A DNA stretch of 64,000 nt from assembly GCF_009834535.1 (NCBI RefSeq), contig NC_045697.1:118050001-118114000 (forward strand), read 5' to 3'. This document shows, piece by piece, positions 61,129 to 64,000 of this stretch. Numbering within the stretch: the first letter of the stretch is position 1; each line of letters starts with the position of its first letter. The notes below the pieces were generated by a model that made no database searches, had not been told where the DNA came from, and saw only the letters and a program-made list of their open reading frames with translations. A program made the position numbers and the translations under genes. This DNA comes from Camelus ferus. Taxonomy: Eukaryota.

Positions 61129-63551
61129 AAGAGGATCTCTTTTAAGACAGCCTTTCAGACTTGTTAAGTTTGATTTTGCCTATGAAATGTCCAGGGAGAT
61201 CTATCTTGCATTTTATAAAAGCACAGCTGAAGTTCAAGAAAGAGATCAGGAGAAGATATAAATATGGTGTCCATGATATACATTGATTGAAACTTGAGAC
61301 CATTGGCTCCTGAAGGAGGATGGTATTTAGATTGATAAGTAGATAGTATAGTAGTTGCTATGGAAATAGAGAAAAACAAGTAAAGAGACAAAAAATATCA
61401 AAACCTTGGGAATGTTTACAGAGAACAGAAGGGAAAGAGAAAAGAGGATGAAAACATAAAAGTGCAGTGTGATGGGTTCCACCAAAAGTTGTGGAGATCT
61501 GCCCAAAGGAAAGGGCTTGTTAACGCCTTTCCTTGGAAGATAAGGACTAAGCAGTGATACTTGGTGATGTTTTGGATATCAGATTTACTGGGCAGCTGGG
61601 GAAAAAGATTGTATGGGGCTCTAGGTTAAGTGAAGGAGCAAGTACATATGCACTGTCATTAGAAAAGTTTCTGTGAAAATAGAAAAACATAATAGACTTG
61701 CGTGAGTAGCAGAAGTAGGAAGACCACAAGGTTTTCTAACTATCGATTGAGAATATAGAATTATATTCCCAAGTTTTACCTTTCTGATTCCTTTTCTGCC
61801 TCTCATGAATAACTATGATGTTGTCTAACTAATTTGTATGGCTTTGGCACTCTAGCACACCTTTTAAGTTTGTGAGAGTGCCGTTATATTTCATAAAACG
61901 GTATATTTTTAGGATGACTGCAACAGATCTTAAGATGTGGCCAGTGTCCTGGATGGCAGACTGCAGAGGAATTCAATGTCTCTAAGGATGTTGATCAAGT
62001 GAAATAAATCTGAATGCCCTTGACTGGCTGAAAATGTGAGCATGCACTCTGTGGCTCACTGAAGGCACACCACTTACTTATATCTAAATACTTCTTTGAT
62101 GAATCCGTAGAAGAATTTCTTTTCTTTTTCAACTTCTAGTTTGTTTGATATTCAGCTTTTTATTTTAAGAATTCCAGATTATTCTTCGTCGGTGAGAATC
62201 CAGCAGATATCTTTCTGTTACCTGAGAAGATATGATTGTGTGAAGAGACTTATACAGTCTTAGTACAAAACTCACACAGAGGGAAGATGAAAATGGTAGG
62301 GAGAGGAGGGTAAATGTCCTGTTGTTATCTCCTCTTTCACTCACAGAGTATTCAAGGTTTTAATTAAAGTCAATTAAAAATGTTTTCCCAGGCTTCAGGC
62401 ACCTGAGAGAATCATGGAAGTCTTTAGAGCTGTGGTGAAGGATCTTTTTTTTTAAGCATAAAAAATGGCTTTATTAATTTGGCTCATCCTTTCTGCAGCC
62501 AGAAAGCAGCTCCCGTCCCTCTTTGAAGCTTCCATCAGGCGCCCTGCCAGGTGCAACACCAGCCTCATTCCTGTGCCGAGATCCTGTCTTTGTGTTTGTG
62601 CCTCAGGGCAGGTTTCAAAACTCATGGATCAAGTTCTCCGTTCAGCCAGTCTTTAAAAACTGGGCCATTTCTAAATGAGCTATTTCAGCCCCGAGAAAGA
62701 AGTATTTGTTGAACCTTGACTTCTGGAATGTTCCATTCTTCAATTCTCTACATAACACATTTCCTACAGTTCCTGAGTCCTGAATTATTAACTGGGTCTC
62801 ATAGAGAAGGAATGAGACTCAGCAATTAGAGAAAAAATTTTAGTTTGATTTATCCTGTCAGTCAAAGAAAAGTGTTGGAGACCTTTAAAAAATATGCTTT
62901 TGGGAAAAAGACTTTAAACTGTGTGATTCAAAATCCATGTTGTAAATAAACATCACAGAAATTTGGAAAGTCCTCCACTCCGTGAGACTGGAGAGATAAA
63001 GGCCATGATCAGAAATAGTCTACACTTCTGCTTTTCAGTGTAGGAAAAAGAAGGTCCCGGAAAGTGTTTAAGGATTAAAATGGTCATATGTTTAAAAACC
63101 AAGAAAAGTGGAATGGCCCTTAAAAAAAATTCCAAATAATATTTTGTTTGAAATCCCTTCTAAAATCAGAATGCAGATGAAAACTTTTGGAATGAAATGA
63201 GATGGAAACACCTTGGACAATTTGTGGCAAGAAGTCGTTGAGTCAAAGGCTGAATCCTACAGAGTTTGACTAACTCCTGAATTTTAGAAAAGTAAGGTAG
63301 CTTGAAAAGTCTGTTTGCTCTGCCCAATACAGGTGCCATAAGAACTAGAGATTTGTCTGCTTCCATGAACTGTTGTGTTCCTATTTTTCTTTAATTTATT
63401 TTGCTATACTATTATTTATAGTTGTGAAAAATCTAGTTTTTATTTTTACATAAGTAAAAACTCCCAAACCTAGTGGGGTTAATTCTATGGAGCTTCAAGA
63501 ATTGTTTTCATAATGGATTCTATGGTATTATTCAGAGCCTTTATTTTTGCT

Positions 63552-63792
63552 TTAAATTTTTTTAAACTAAAGTAGAGCTGATTTATAATGTTGTGTTAGT
63601 TTCTGATGTACAGCAAAGTGATTCAGTTATATATATATATTCTGAATATATATACTTTTTCAGATTCTTTTCCATCATAGGTTATTACAAGATATTGAAT
63701 ATAGTTCCCAGTGCTATCCAGTAGATCCTTGTTGTTTATGTATTTTATATATAATACTGTGTATCTGCTAATCCCAAATTCCTAATTTATCT
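63552..63792 (-). mobile_element. L1 3' end fragment
   Basis: AAGTAGAGCTGATTTATAATGTTGTGTTAGTTTCTGATGTACAGCAAAGTGATTCAG...CTAATCCCAAATTCCTAATTTATC. Confidence 0.9.
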
Positions 63793-64000
63793 AATTTATT
63801 TGTAAACACTATTATCCTTGCAGTTAAGTTGCTGTCATTTCTGAGCAGTGACTTGACAGGATTCAGTATGAATTCAGTATGTGTTGTTCTAATCACATAA
63901 ATGTGCAGGGTCTTGTCAATACTGTGATGGATAATTCAAACTCAAATGTCTTTAAGCAAACCAAACACTGGGTTCAAATATACCAACATTTATTGAAGAA

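Noticed and set aside
1..64000. Inferring host-gene strand from L1 orientation bias
   Set aside because: Plus and minus L1 insertions are roughly balanced, so there is no signal.

Overview
Non-coding mammalian genomic DNA, intergenic or deep intronic, most likely from a camelid (alpaca/llama/camel). The basis is six copies of a tRNA-Ala(AGC)-derived SINE resembling the camelid Vic-1 family, plus no Alu, Bov-A/BovB, PRE-1 or Can-SINE that I could recognise. I found no recognisable protein-coding gene, RNA gene or CRISPR array. The ORF track is L1 ORF1/ORF2 debris or chance ORFs. The window is dominated by retroelements: about 20 L1 fragments (many with readable target-site duplications, TSDs), a decayed 4.55-kb L1, a MER41-like ERV1 solo LTR with a 4-bp TSD, MaLR/ERVL LTR remnants, MIR/L2 relics and small hAT MITEs. 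The most notable observations are three independent 5'-inverted (twin-primed) L1 insertions, a nested L2>L1>inverted-L1 stack, a 37-bp L1 micro-insertion, the MER41-like LTR with decayed GAS sites beside an ISRE-like motif, a near-perfect RFX X-box in unique sequence, and several recursive-splice-like AG|GT sites on the + strand. I see no convincing new biological system. Family names come from my recollection of consensus sequences, not a database search. Boundaries of old repeats are approximate.
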